Program-made: the position numbers and the translations under genes
Notes under the pieces: model-generated
Seen by the model: only the letters and a program-made list of their open reading frames with translations
The model's database searches: none
Told to the model about the DNA's origin: nothing
NCBI GenBank assembly: GCA_003990765.1
Contig: RBNJ01000253.1
Span: 1 to 35,320 of the forward strand
Direction: 5' to 3'
From: Jimgerdemannia flammicorona
Lineage: Eukaryota
Length of the DNA stretch: 35,320 nt
In this document: positions 34,750-35,320 of the stretch, piece by piece
Layout: each line of letters starts with the position of its first letter
How positions within the stretch are numbered: position 1 is the stretch's first letter

Positions 34750-35307
34750 TGTGATAAACTACAAAATGTAGCAATCTCAAAACCTAACCAGGTGATGTGA
34801 ATATTAGCATAGCAACCAGCAATCATTACCATGGAAAATATATAAATAACCAGATAACCAAAGAAGGGAATAATGTGAACAGTGGCTATCTCCTAGACAG
34901 TGGCTGTCTGCTGGACAGTAACTATCCACCCAAATATACCATAAATAGCAAACCTATAGTTAGCTAGATAAGTAACCAGATAGTAATCATAATATATAAA
35001 ATACCCCAGAGACAAGAGTGAATAAACCTCAGTCTGAAATTCAGAACATATTTCAACTCTAGTTCACTTTCTGATACAAAGAAGAGTCTGAAATACAAAT
35101 ATCAAAGAAGCCTCTAAAGATTGAGCATTGGTCTCCTTTTTACTCCAGTCCACTTTCTAATACAAAGCTTGAAGATTTTGCCACCAAGTTTGAGTGAAGA
35201 ATTTCACCACCTTTAGAATTATTGGTATGCTTGCCAGACTAAGCCTGAAGAATCTGAGTTTGCTGCCAAGTTCAAGGAAGAACTTTGCCATCATTTTCAA
35301 GGTATCT
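34750..35307 (+). repeat. 3' LTR of element B (truncated by a poly-T run and the window end)
   Basis: Colinear with 18098-18655. Confidence 0.9.
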
Positions 35308-35320
35308 TTTTTTTTTTTTT

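Larger units (their letters stand above)
18098..35307 (+). mobile_element. Element B: degenerate Ty3/Gypsy LTR retrotransposon with dUTPase, carrying two nested insertions; 3' end not reached
   Basis: LTR copies start TGTGAC (18098) and TGTGAT (34750); full domain set between them. Confidence 0.9.

Overview
Eukaryotic window, very probably fungal. About 2.9 kb of host-type DNA holds a two-exon small secreted Cys-protein gene and a spliced pseudogene. It is followed by about 32 kb of nested, heavily C-to-T/G-to-A mutated Ty3/Gypsy LTR retrotransposons, all on the + strand. Relic D (~3.8-6.4 kb) is fused to a duplicate of element A's 3' end. Element A (6947-18097) has its 3' LTR interrupted by element B (18098->35307). 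B carries the complete element C (19405-26085, 467-bp LTRs, CTGG target duplication) and a 1.2-kb poly(A) retroposon with a 15-bp TSD. The three distinct families A, B and C share an unusual architecture: gag-PR-[Cys/His motifs]-dUTPase-RT-RNaseH ends in a stop, and integrase begins as a separate ORF (MN-Q/R start) in another frame. The junction is an intact ATGA stop/start overlap in A, restorable to ATGA in B, and a 7-nt gap in C. A conserved non-env ORF3 follows integrase in all three. All translations and counts were done by hand; no database search was run.
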